Below are positions 7,331 through 16,187 of a stretch of 64,000 nucleotides of DNA, in pieces. This DNA comes from Squalus acanthias (lineage: Eukaryota), in assembly GCA_030390025.1 (NCBI GenBank), contig CM059431.1, forward strand, positions 129,024,001 through 129,088,000, written 5' to 3'. Under the pieces are notes generated by a model. It did not search any database. It saw only the letters and a program-made list of their open reading frames with translations, and was not told the DNA's origin. A program made the translations under genes and the position numbers. Numbering within the stretch: position 1 is the first letter of the stretch; each line of letters begins with the position of its first letter.

Positions 7331-10300
7331 AGGTGAAAAAGGCGAGGTAATGGTAATTCAAGGGGAGGAAGAAACAGGGGTCCTGTGTACCGTACAGCCA
7401 TCCGGAGGCTACGACCTCAGGCTTATGGTCGCAGATGTCCCAACGGACATGCAAACGTACGTGTCAGATGACATGCACGCGTTTGCAACCCACAAGCACG
7501 ATTGTGGGAGGGTGGTCGGGTTTGAGGTCAGCGTAGATGGGGACCCCATGACCCGACCCCAAAAGCAGTATAACTTCCCCAAGGAAGCAGAACCCGATAT
7601 GGAGGCAGCAATGTCTTCCTTGGTGCAGCAGGGCGTGTTGAGACCGATAGCCACACACGTGAACTCCCCATTATGGCCGGTTAGGAAGCCGGATAATTCG
7701 TGGAGAGCCACGGTGGACTACAGAGTCCTTAACAGTAACATTCCCACCTGCGCGCCTACAGTAGCAGCAGTTGCTGACCTAATAGGGAGCATCCCAGCGT
7801 CCGCGACCACGTTCACGGTGCTGGATATCTCGAACGGTTTTTGGTCCATCCCGCTGCGGCGAGAGGACCAGTACAAGTTTGCCTTTACGTTTAAAGGGCA
7901 ACAGTACACGTGGAACTGTTTGCCACAGGGTTTCCACAATAGCCCCAGTATTTTTCACCAGTGTATGGCAGGAAGTTTAAAGGAGTTTAGTCAGCCCAAT
8001 CAGATAGTCCAGTATGTGGATGATTTGCTCCTATTTACGGACTCAAGGGAGGAGCACGGACCACTACTGGACGAGTTATTGGAGCTGTTAGCGAGAAAGG
8101 GTTTTAAAGTAAACCCAAAGAAAGCACGTATCGGTCAGCAGGAAGTAAAATTCCTGGGACTGACCCTACGCGCTGGGGAAAGAGCCATAGACAAAGCAAG
8201 GAGGGAGTCGGTGCAAGAATTACCGATTCCCAACAACGTAAGGGGTGTGAGGTCCTTCTTGGGACTGACCGGTTACTGCAGGGATTTTATCGAAGATTAT
8301 GCGGCCACAGCGGCGCCGCTCCTCCGACTCCTCCATAAGGGAGTGGAGTGGTCTTGGGACGAGGGCTGCCAAGCAGCCTTCGAGAAGTTAAAAAGGGATC
8401 TGCAGACTGCGCCAGCCTTAGGGGCCATAGATGGGGGGAAGGAGTTTTTCCTGGAGGTAGCTGCCAGCGGGGACAGCTTAAGCGCCGTGCTGCTCCAAGA
8501 GCGTCACGGCAAGCTGAGGCCGGTTGTCTATTCATCCAGGGTATTAACGGATGTGGAGAGAAGTTTTTCCAATTGCGAAAGGCACCTTTTAGCCACGCAT
8601 TGGGCTGTGAAAAGATCAGCGATCTTCACAGGGCTCTCTCCCATCACTCTCCTCACACATCACACACCAACTAAGATGCTTCTGGATGGGAGGATTAAAG
8701 ACGGGACCGTAAGCAGCGCACGCATTGCGCGTTGGACCCTTCTTCTCTCCCAGTTGGATCTTAGAGTAAAAGGTCTTTGCGAGCCCAGGCTTGCGGCCAA
8801 TTTGGTATACCCCGGTACAGCCCACCGGTGTTCGGTGGAAGGGGTGTGGGACGTCAACATAGGTTTACGGGCCGGGATACATCCCACTGGGCGCGAGATT
8901 TATGTTGATGGCTCTAGCACAGTATCTGCTGGCGAGCGACTCACAGGGTGTGGAGTTTATGACCCTGCGGCAGACCTTGCCCTGGCGATCAAGCTCCCTA
9001 GCACCATGAGCGCGCAGCAGGCTGAGCTGTCTGCCGTGGTGTACGTGGTGACCCACCCAGACGTTTTCCCAACCCCATACACGATTTGCTCGGACAGTAT
9101 GTTCACCTGCAATTCGTGTACGGAATACCTGGCCATTTGGTCCCGCCGCGGATACACCTCCGCGGACGGGCGACCTTTAACGGTAAAGCCCTTGCTGGAA
9201 AAGATCTTAGCAGCAGCAGTAGGGGAGGAAGGGGAGATTTTCATCCATAAGGTGAAAGCTCACTCCTCCGCAGAGCCCCGTGGGGAGGGCAACCGGCAGG
9301 CGGATGCGCTAGCCAGGGAGGGTGCCCGCGACGGCACTTTCTGGAACCCCTATAGGACCGGACCCATAGCAGCGGTCCGAGGCGGGGACGGGAATACCGG
9401 GAACACCAGGGTAGCATTGCCCCTAGACCTTAAGACCGTCCAAGCCCAGGATCCCGCCCTAAAAGCAGTCCTAAAAACGATTGCTGAGGGGAGGCAGGTA
9501 GAAGGTCCGTACAGTACGGCAACCCTCTCAGTTAAGGAAGGCATGCTGTTCCGCGGGGAGCAGTGGGTTGTGCCGCAGCAGCACAGGAGGGAATTCCTCC
9601 AGTTGGCTCACGAGGGACCAGGGGCAGGGCACCCCGGGCCCGAGGTTACCTGGCAACGGGTAGAGCAAGCGGGATGGTGGCCAGGGCTCAGGGAACAAGT
9701 CCGCGAGTTCTGCGCTAACTGTCTTGTGTGCGCTGCAAACAACCCAGACCCCCAGAAAAGGAAGGTGCCCATGGGACACGTAAGAAGGGTAGAGGGACCA
9801 TGGCAGTCGATACAGATCGACTATATAGGACCCCTGCCCACCACCCAGGGAGGTTATAAGTACTGCCTCGTCCTGGTGGATGTGTTTTCCAAGTGGGTGG
9901 AAGCCTTCCCTTGTCGAACAGCTACGGCACTGGGTACAGCAAAAATCTTGGTCCGGGAAGTGTTCTCGCGGTGGGGACTCCCCCGTTTTGTGGAGTCAGA
10001 CCAAGGGAGTCATTTCACCGGCCAGGTGATGCAGAACACCCTCATGCTTTTGGGCATTGAAGGGAAGTGGCACGTAGCACACAATCCCCAGTCATCCGGG
10101 ATTGTCGAACGTATGAACCGGACCCTGAAGGAGAAATTGAGGAAAGAGACTAGGAACTCGCCCCAAAAATGGGCGGAAGTTCTGCCTTTAGTCCTCATGG
10201 GGGTCCGGGCCAGTCAGTCAAAAAGTACGGGGTACTCCCCGCACGAGGTAATGACCGGCAGGCTCATGCGAACCCCCACCCATGTGCTAGCCCCGGTGCT

Positions 10301-11471
10301 CACTGAGGGTCAGCTTCAAGAGATCAGCAGGGACAAGTTCGCCCAAACTCTCTTGGAGCGCCTGAAGCAAGTTTATGAGCAGGCGGCTGGGAACATGGGA
10401 AGGCAGCATCAGGGCAATCGCTTGTTGCTGGAACCCCGCAAAACGCGGGAGTGGGAAGTAGGAGACCAGGTCATGGTCAGAAACTACGCCAGAGTAGGGA
10501 GTCTGGAACCACTGTATATGGGACCCTACAACATTGTAGACAAGGCGAGTCCCATGGTTTACGCCGTAAAAGTACCTCGGCGCACTAAGTGGTTCCACAT
10601 AAACCAATGTAAACTGTACCAGCCGGGTGCGCAAGGGAAAACTACAGGGGTAAATCCCGCCAATGGGAAAACACAGCCCCAGGTAGGACCACAAGGCACA
10701 CAGGCAGGCGTAGCAGCTTGCATCAGGGGAAGGGACATCCCGGACGATCATGCAGCGTTTTTCTGGAGTTGGGGGTTAGATGACGAAGAACCCAGGGTAC
10801 CCTGGTCAGATGAGGATAGTGCAGATGAGTATAGTGATGATGACGGGTGGTTCCTGAGGAACGGTCTGGGAGGATTGGGGCCGATAGGTAGAGATCCACA
10901 CGGGGTGGACACACAAGCTGCAGGTCCCGAGGACAGGAGGGAGGAGCTAGAGGAGGCAGGGCCAGCCGCTATAGGAGCACAGAGAGTACCAATGTGGTTC
11001 CCAGAGGGGTGGCCGCCCGCTTTGAACGTCCAGTCCTCAGGGGAGGCAGAGATCACGAGTGAAGGGCCGCCTGCTGGGCCGAGCAGGGCGGAGCCACGAA
11101 ATGCCAGCCCCGAGGTTAGGGAGGCGGAGTCAGCGGAGGCGGAGCCGGCGACTGTAATGGAACCCCAGGTCGTCCCGTTGGAGGTCTCGGAACCCGGTCC
11201 GTCCGTCACGGAACCCCCGCCCATAGCAACTCCCCGTAGGTCTAGCAGAGAACCCCAGCCCAGGAGGATGTGGTCATGTCCCCAGATTGCCCCAAGGCGT
11301 AAAATCCAGGTTAAGATAACCCGGGTAGAAACAGGCCACATCGCAGCAGTAACAGGCTGCGGCAGATCAGAGGAAAGGGTCAGCGCAGCAACAGGCTGCG
11401 GCAAATCAGAGGGAAGGGTCAGTGCCCTCCCACCGTCGGGAAGAGCTCGCAGCAGCCTTCTCAGAATTTAA
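7326..11471 (+). CDS. pol: Pol: RT, degenerate RNase H (tether), RNase HI, integrase, C-terminal extension
   Basis: LPQGFHNSP and YVDD (8013-8024); RH1 ~8445-8760; RH2 IYVDGS/AELSAV/SDS/GNRQAD ~8895-9330; HHCC from 9609; IDYIGP, SDQGSHF, SSGIVERMN, GPY. Frame is +1 to pro and open from 7326; first ATG at 7350. Confidence 0.95.
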   Translation, partial: AKGEKGEVMVIQGEEETGVLCTVQPSGGYDLRLMVADVPTDMQTYVSDDMHAFATHKHDCGRVVGFEVSVDGDPMTRPQKQYNFPKEAEPDMEAAMSSLVQQGVLRPIATHVNSPLWPVRKPDNSWRATVDYRVLNSNIPTCAPTVAAVADLIGSIPASATTFTVLDISNGFWSIPLRREDQYKFAFTFKGQQYTWNCLPQGFHNSPSIFHQCMAGSLKEFSQPNQIVQYVDDLLLFTDSREEHGPLLDELLELLARKGFKVNPKKARIGQQEVKFLGLTLRAGERAIDKARRESVQELPIPNNVRGVRSFLGLTGYCRDFIEDYAATAAPLLRLLHKGVEWSWDEGCQAAFEKLKRDLQTAPALGAIDGGKEFFLEVAASGDSLSAVLLQERHGKLRPVVYSSRVLTDVERSFSNCERHLLATHWAVKRSAIFTGLSPITLLTHHTPTKMLLDGRIKDGTVSSARIARWTLLLSQLDLRVKGLCEPRLAANLVYPGTAHRCSVEGVWDVNIGLRAGIHPTGREIYVDGSSTVSAGERLTGCGVYDPAADLALAIKLPSTMSAQQAELSAVVYVVTHPDVFPTPYTICSDSMFTCNSCTEYLAIWSRRGYTSADGRPLTVKPLLEKILAAAVGEEGEIFIHKVKAHSSAEPRGEGNRQADALAREGARDGTFWNPYRTGPIAAVRGGDGNTGNTRVALPLDLKTVQAQDPALKAVLKTIAEGRQVEGPYSTATLSVKEGMLFRGEQWVVPQQHRREFLQLAHEGPGAGHPGPEVTWQRVEQAGWWPGLREQVREFCANCLVCAANNPDPQKRKVPMGHVRRVEGPWQSIQIDYIGPLPTTQGGYKYCLVLVDVFSKWVEAFPCRTATALGTAKILVREVFSRWGLPRFVESDQGSHFTGQVMQNTLMLLGIEGKWHVAHNPQSSGIVERMNRTLKEKLRKETRNSPQKWAEVLPLVLMGVRASQSKSTGYSPHEVMTGRLMRTPTHVLAPVLTEGQLQEISRDKFAQTLLERLKQVYEQAAGNMGRQHQGNRLLLEPRKTREWEVGDQVMVRNYARVGSLEPLYMGPYNIVDKASPMVYAVKVPRRTKWFHINQCKLYQPGAQGKTTGVNPANGKTQPQVGPQGTQAGVAACIRGRDIPDDHAAFFWSWGLDDEEPRVPWSDEDSADEYSDDDGWFLRNGLGGLGPIGRDPHGVDTQAAGPEDRREELEEAGPAAIGAQRVPMWFPEGWPPALNVQSSGEAEITSEGPPAGPSRAEPRNASPEVREAESAEAEPATVMEPQVVPLEVSEPGPSVTEPPPIATPRRSSREPQPRRMWSCPQIAPRRKIQVKITRVETGHIAAVTGCGRSEERVSAATGCGKSEGRVSALPPSGRARSSLLRI
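11346..11423 (+). repeat. 39-bp tandem duplication in the Pol tail (AVTGCGRSEERVS / AATGCGKSEGRVS)
   Basis: Two adjacent near-identical 13-codon units. Confidence 0.85.
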
Positions 11472-11710
11472 AGGGGCCGCCCTGAGAACGGGCGGCACTG
11501 TAAAGTTATAGTTCAAGGTTAAGTTTTAAGTTTATTAGTTCAAGGTTAAGTTTGTAGTGTTTTAACAGATAACGATAAAATGATGGGAGTTTTAAGGCTA
11601 GGTTTAGAGGAAGTCTATTCAGCAAACGTTGAAGTTTACGTGAGGCGAGGTCAGGGGACCCGCTCACCCTTCACAAAAGCCAGAGACTTTTTGCGAGGCT
11701 GGCTACCTCA

Positions 11711-11727
11711 TTCTATCTGATCACAGG
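11711..11727 (+). promoter_or_regulatory. Putative env splice acceptor
   Basis: TTCTATCTGATCACAG|G, 13 nt upstream of the env ATG (11740). Confidence 0.45.
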
Positions 11728-11739
11728 AACCAAGGAAGG

Positions 11740-14091
11740 ATGGAACGACTTCTAGTATTGCTCGTGGCAATCGGATGTGGATTGGCCTATCGAGGCCACA
11801 CCAAGGATGTCGTGGTGTTTGGATGTTCCGGGGACACGGCCCCCATCGCGGTGGATGGGACCGGAAGACGGAAGGCAGAAGGGACCAGCACCTATTTCCA
11901 CAAGGGAAGGTGGCCAGGATGGCTGGGAACGAACTCAACGGAGTATTCCAGCACATCGGGGTTCGCCTACAAAGAGACTTCTTTAATGTGCCCCAAAGTA
12001 CGGATCATCGCACCCAGGATCAGCGTCACCGTCGGCAAACGGATTTGTTTGACCTGTAGTGGGGATGTCCCACTGAGCCGATGGTGGTGGCTGCGAAAGC
12101 TGAGCAAAACTATGAGGAACTCTTCGGTCGAGTGGGAACGACTGGGTAATAATACCCATCGGACAATTACGGGGACAGACGGACAAGTGAAAGTCTGTTG
12201 GGACAAATGGTGGGAACCGGATGAGGGGATTTATGTTTGTATGTGGGGGTCAAAGTACGTTTGCCCCAAAGGCATCTCCATATTTTTTATTAATCAGTGG
12301 CAGGATAACGGACAGGGGATGAGGTGGGATGCGAGCACCAGGGGGTGCGGAGCCCCATTCTCCCCGATCCCAGTAAATGCCACTGAGCTCATTACGCGCC
12401 CACGCAAAGCCCCGCCCACGATTCCGGTGGTTCTAACTGAGGAAGAAGGGTGCCCTAAAACTAGTAAGGGACCCGGGAACGGTTTGGTACTGGTCCCCAC
12501 AGACCAGATACTATTTCAGGGGGTACATTACGCGGTGGCCTCAGTGATTTTAAATCTCACTGAGGTACGGTTACCAGAGTGGTGCCCCAAAAAGACGGAA
12601 CAGTTGTATCAGGTCCTGTTGACCAAGATGTTCAGACAATTTTACGAGTTTGATTTTGCAGAAATTGATAAGACAAGTTTATACACCGCACCGCAGGAAG
12701 TTTTGGATCAAGTAGGGAGGCAAAGAAGGGGTTTGGTGAACGATGCGTTCACTGCTTTTAATACAGGGACATCTGTGGTCAACGCTCTAGACAGTGTGGA
12801 GCTGCAGACCCAGATTAATGGTTTAAAAACACAGTTAAAAGACATTCTAACAGATGAGAATAAAGTGGTAGGGTCAGGTCTGCATGAGGACCAAGCCATG
12901 ACTCTCCATTTAAAAGAGATTATAGCAGAGCTGGAGAAACATGCGCGTACGGTAAATGCCCTGATCAGGGAAGATCGGAATGCATCCGATCAAGCTGCGC
13001 AGAACGAGGTGTGCGTGCTTTACGGGGCGTGGTTACTGGGCGAGGGCCGCAGTAATCTGGAGGATTTAAAACAAGGTTTGGTTCCGTCCTGGATAAGTAA
13101 CAAACACCTGCGGGCGCTCCACCCTTTTCAGAACGCATTAAGTCCGTGCCAGCTCAGGCTAGCTTCAGAAGCTTACCCAGTCCCCGTGGACTGCGGACGT
13201 TCAAACCATACTATTATGGGAATAGTATTACGCATGCCGGTTTTGGGCAACACAGCAAAGCCCGCCCCGGTATATCGGGTAGAGAACATTGGTGTCATTC
13301 AGGGGGGAGCCCACATTCGTTATGCAGCGGTTCCACCTTACGTCATCCGCTGGGAGCAAACGATGACAGGTACAGATCTCTCTGGTTGTCGTGGCAGGGG
13401 AGCACACATAATACTGTGCCCCCAGCACTTGAATGCCTTTTTAACACCACAGTGCGGGTTCAGAACGGCTGGCGCCAAGTCCATGAATTGCACCATGGAG
13501 GCAATGGCACAAGATCATGTGCCTCCGCAGGTAGCATACATCGGGGGTGGAACATATTGTGTTACCACTGCAGCGCAACACTACCAGCATGGAAACCGTA
13601 GCCGGTGTCCGGTGAGTGACAGCAGTTTCTGTTTTAAACCCAGGGCTGAAGTTCAAGTAGCACAACAGCGAATTATCCCAATCCCTGAACCATCCACTGT
13701 TCATCTCACAGTAAAAGAGAATTTCACCGACTTGCAGCGATTTGTCGCGCATTTTGGATACCTCATTCCCCCTCTCCCTGAGCATTTAACCAAACTTCTG
13801 AAAGCCGTCGCGGTGTCACAAAAGCATTTTTATACATTAGAACAGAAAACTGTCGAAATTGGAACAGACATTTTGGACATAGTGGTTCCACCGTGGTGGA
13901 ATCTGTTCACCAATATTGAAGTGCCCTCATGGGTCAGAATAGCCTCCCACATTTTAGTCGTCTGTCAAGTGTTTATTGTAGTGTACCTATTGTTCATACA
14001 TTGTAAAAGAGACAAGCGCCTCACCAAGCATGAGAACACGGGAGAGTGGCGAGAACGTTACGTGCGCGTGCACGATGAGAGCACCGTGTAA
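11740..14091 (+). CDS. env: Envelope glycoprotein (783 aa): signal peptide, Ig-like domain, furin site, F-like fusion subunit, TM anchor
   Basis: MERLLVLLVAIGCGLA signal; RQRR|GL at 12718-12729 followed by heptad repeats; Cys-rich region; several N-x-S/T sequons; TM at 13939-14004. Confidence 0.9.
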   Translation: MERLLVLLVAIGCGLAYRGHTKDVVVFGCSGDTAPIAVDGTGRRKAEGTSTYFHKGRWPGWLGTNSTEYSSTSGFAYKETSLMCPKVRIIAPRISVTVGKRICLTCSGDVPLSRWWWLRKLSKTMRNSSVEWERLGNNTHRTITGTDGQVKVCWDKWWEPDEGIYVCMWGSKYVCPKGISIFFINQWQDNGQGMRWDASTRGCGAPFSPIPVNATELITRPRKAPPTIPVVLTEEEGCPKTSKGPGNGLVLVPTDQILFQGVHYAVASVILNLTEVRLPEWCPKKTEQLYQVLLTKMFRQFYEFDFAEIDKTSLYTAPQEVLDQVGRQRRGLVNDAFTAFNTGTSVVNALDSVELQTQINGLKTQLKDILTDENKVVGSGLHEDQAMTLHLKEIIAELEKHARTVNALIREDRNASDQAAQNEVCVLYGAWLLGEGRSNLEDLKQGLVPSWISNKHLRALHPFQNALSPCQLRLASEAYPVPVDCGRSNHTIMGIVLRMPVLGNTAKPAPVYRVENIGVIQGGAHIRYAAVPPYVIRWEQTMTGTDLSGCRGRGAHIILCPQHLNAFLTPQCGFRTAGAKSMNCTMEAMAQDHVPPQVAYIGGGTYCVTTAAQHYQHGNRSRCPVSDSSFCFKPRAEVQVAQQRIIPIPEPSTVHLTVKENFTDLQRFVAHFGYLIPPLPEHLTKLLKAVAVSQKHFYTLEQKTVEIGTDILDIVVPPWWNLFTNIEVPSWVRIASHILVVCQVFIVVYLLFIHCKRDKRLTKHENTGEWRERYVRVHDESTV

Positions 14092-14502
14092 TAGGAAAAT
14101 GGCGTCACTCCCGCTCGCCACGTGCGCCGCGGAAGTTTGTACTCATTGTAAATACGTTGGAAACTCGACATGTTTAAGAGTTGGGATTTGTTTACTTTGG
14201 TGATGGTGTTGATTGTTTGGTTTTGGGTTTTGTTTTTTCCTTTCCCTGAATAAAAGACAAATATACAGGTGATGCGTGAGGTATCGGCCTGGTTACGCCG
14301 GAAAGGAAAACAAGTGGTGTAAGTTTAAGGGCAAATGATGCCTACGGTGATATAAAATGTGATTTTCTTGGGAAATAAGGACGACACAGAGACCCTAGTT
14401 AAGTTAAAATTTATGGGATTAATTTACTGGATTCGGAGTGAAATCGAGATAAGATTGCTCACCACTGAGATTTTTGATACGATAAGCGGAGTTATTCGCA
14501 TC

Positions 14503-14514
14503 AACAGGAGGGAC
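14503..14514 (+). promoter_or_regulatory. Polypurine tract
   Basis: AACAGGAGGGAC abutting the TG of the 3' LTR. Confidence 0.65.
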
Positions 14515-16187
14515 TGTAGAATTCGCAATTATCGCGATTTGATTAATAAGGAGAAAACACAAAGTTTCGTTCAAACAGCTTTTATTTCAGCAGAATGCTG
14601 TCAGGTTTAAATTGGACACAAGCAGCCTGTAAAATGGCCGCCGCACCTCGTGACAGAACATTCTAGACTTTTCAACAGGCAGACAAGATGGCGTTCCAAT
14701 ACACATTTTTGCAAGATCGATAACGATTCAGCACAGTGAAGATAATACACGAGACATTATGGGTTTACAGTATAAACATAGATACTGAAATCGGTCTCCC
14801 AGGTACAAAGGAAAGCCATTGCACCGAGTAATCAAGGGCCCATCCAAAGGACATTAGTATGTAAACTCCCAACGGCTCTACGATGAGAGAGCCGTTAGCA
14901 GGTAGTTATACAGGACACTTGGAAGCCCCAAACCCCTCCAGGGAGAACACCGACCGATTTTAACAATGGGAGAAGTATTAACAGGTACTCAAACATTCAT
15001 GAGTAGCCCCGAAACCCATTAAGAACGGAGATCACCCATACAGGACATTTGGGCGCCAAACCTTAAACAAAAGAATGGACATTATAGTCGGGCGGGAAAC
15101 GGAAGATTTTTGCACTATAATTGCAGGCCCCAAACCGTCCACTCTCTCTCTTGACTCTTGCCTCTTGCTCGTTTGCTGCTTTTATCATCGTGGCTGCTCC
15201 TGTGTTTTATCCGGTCGATTCGTAACCTCGTGGCTGCTCCTGTGTAAAAGACTGTTGAACTTTCTGATCCGTTCGGATCTACCTCGTGTCGCGTAACGAA
15301 GACCTATGTTGGTAACTGGCAGCGGAACCAAAGGCCCGAGATGAGATGAGATGAGATGAGATGAGATGAGAAGAGAAGAAGACCATATCCATCGCCACGG
15401 TCAGTAAATCCCGACCGCGCCTGTAGGTCGATCAGCCAAGTCTTCTCGACAGGAAGTTTTCTTCGTTAAACTTTTAACAAGACATATTGCATCAACGATA
15501 ACTGGACTGTGCAAACACATCGTATCAGTGATATTGACAACGGGACTCCTCAACTAAACTGTGAAGTCAACCAACAGAGGTCTTCACCACAGCGGACGGT
15601 CCAGCCGACTAGCCGAGCAGCAGAAGCAGTAAACAAGTGGGACCAGGAGATCTCCTGACCAACACGTGGGTGCTGCGGTGAAAAACATCCGATCAGCTAT
15701 TCGGGATTTCTCCGAGTTATTACGAGTGGTGAGCATGAGTCTCGAGATCCTACGAAGCTAGTTTTAGGATAGATATTGATAGGGGAGGGTTTAAAGATTA
15801 AGGATATTTGTAATGTGTGCCCTATTTACGTTGTGCTGGTCGTTCCTCGTTTCCCTAAGAGTGATTATAACCGTTTGTAAGATTGTACTGTCATTAATCT
15901 GTGCGTATGACATGTATTTCATAATTTTAAGTATCATGCAATAAAGATTTTCCATTTCGTACCATTCAAACCAAGTCTACATGAGTTTTATCTCCATTAC
16001 TGCTCTCGCATCTAAGTCCAGTGTCTAGAACCGTAAGGGAGAGTGATTCGAACCACTCACAGGGGTGTCTAGTGTTCCCAGACTGGCTGGAGACCAGGCC
16101 TAGACCCGCACTGACATACAGGCTGCACAGAGCCGCGTGAATCTCACAGGCTACGAGACACGCAGGGTCAGGAGAGAATCCCTTACA
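14515..16187 (+). repeat. 3' LTR (1673 bp)
   Basis: By eye identical to the 5' LTR except +1 T in a T-run (~14958-14961) and one fewer 5-bp microsatellite unit; the lengths reconcile (1677+1-5). Confidence 0.97.
15940..15945 (+). terminator. Polyadenylation signal AATAAA in the 3' LTR (4883-4888 in the 5' LTR)
   Basis: GCAATAAAGATT; GCAATAAAGATT is also conserved on the minus strand of the solo LTR (~56253-56264). Confidence 0.65.

Larger units (their letters stand above)
3454..16187 (+). mobile_element. Nearly intact endogenous retrovirus-like provirus (lokiretrovirus-like): LTR-gag-pro-pol-env-LTR, 12734 bp
   Basis: TG...CA LTRs, TSD ATAT (3450-3453, 16188-16191), PBS, PPT, long gag/pol/env ORFs, CpG not depleted. 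Confidence 0.95.

Noticed and set aside
10748..11404. 218-aa antisense ORF opposite the Pol tail
   Set aside because: GC-rich low-complexity shadow of the sense ORF; no motif or expression evidence.
14359..14610. 83-aa ORF running into U3 as a possible accessory gene
   Set aside because: GTG start, short, no recognisable features.
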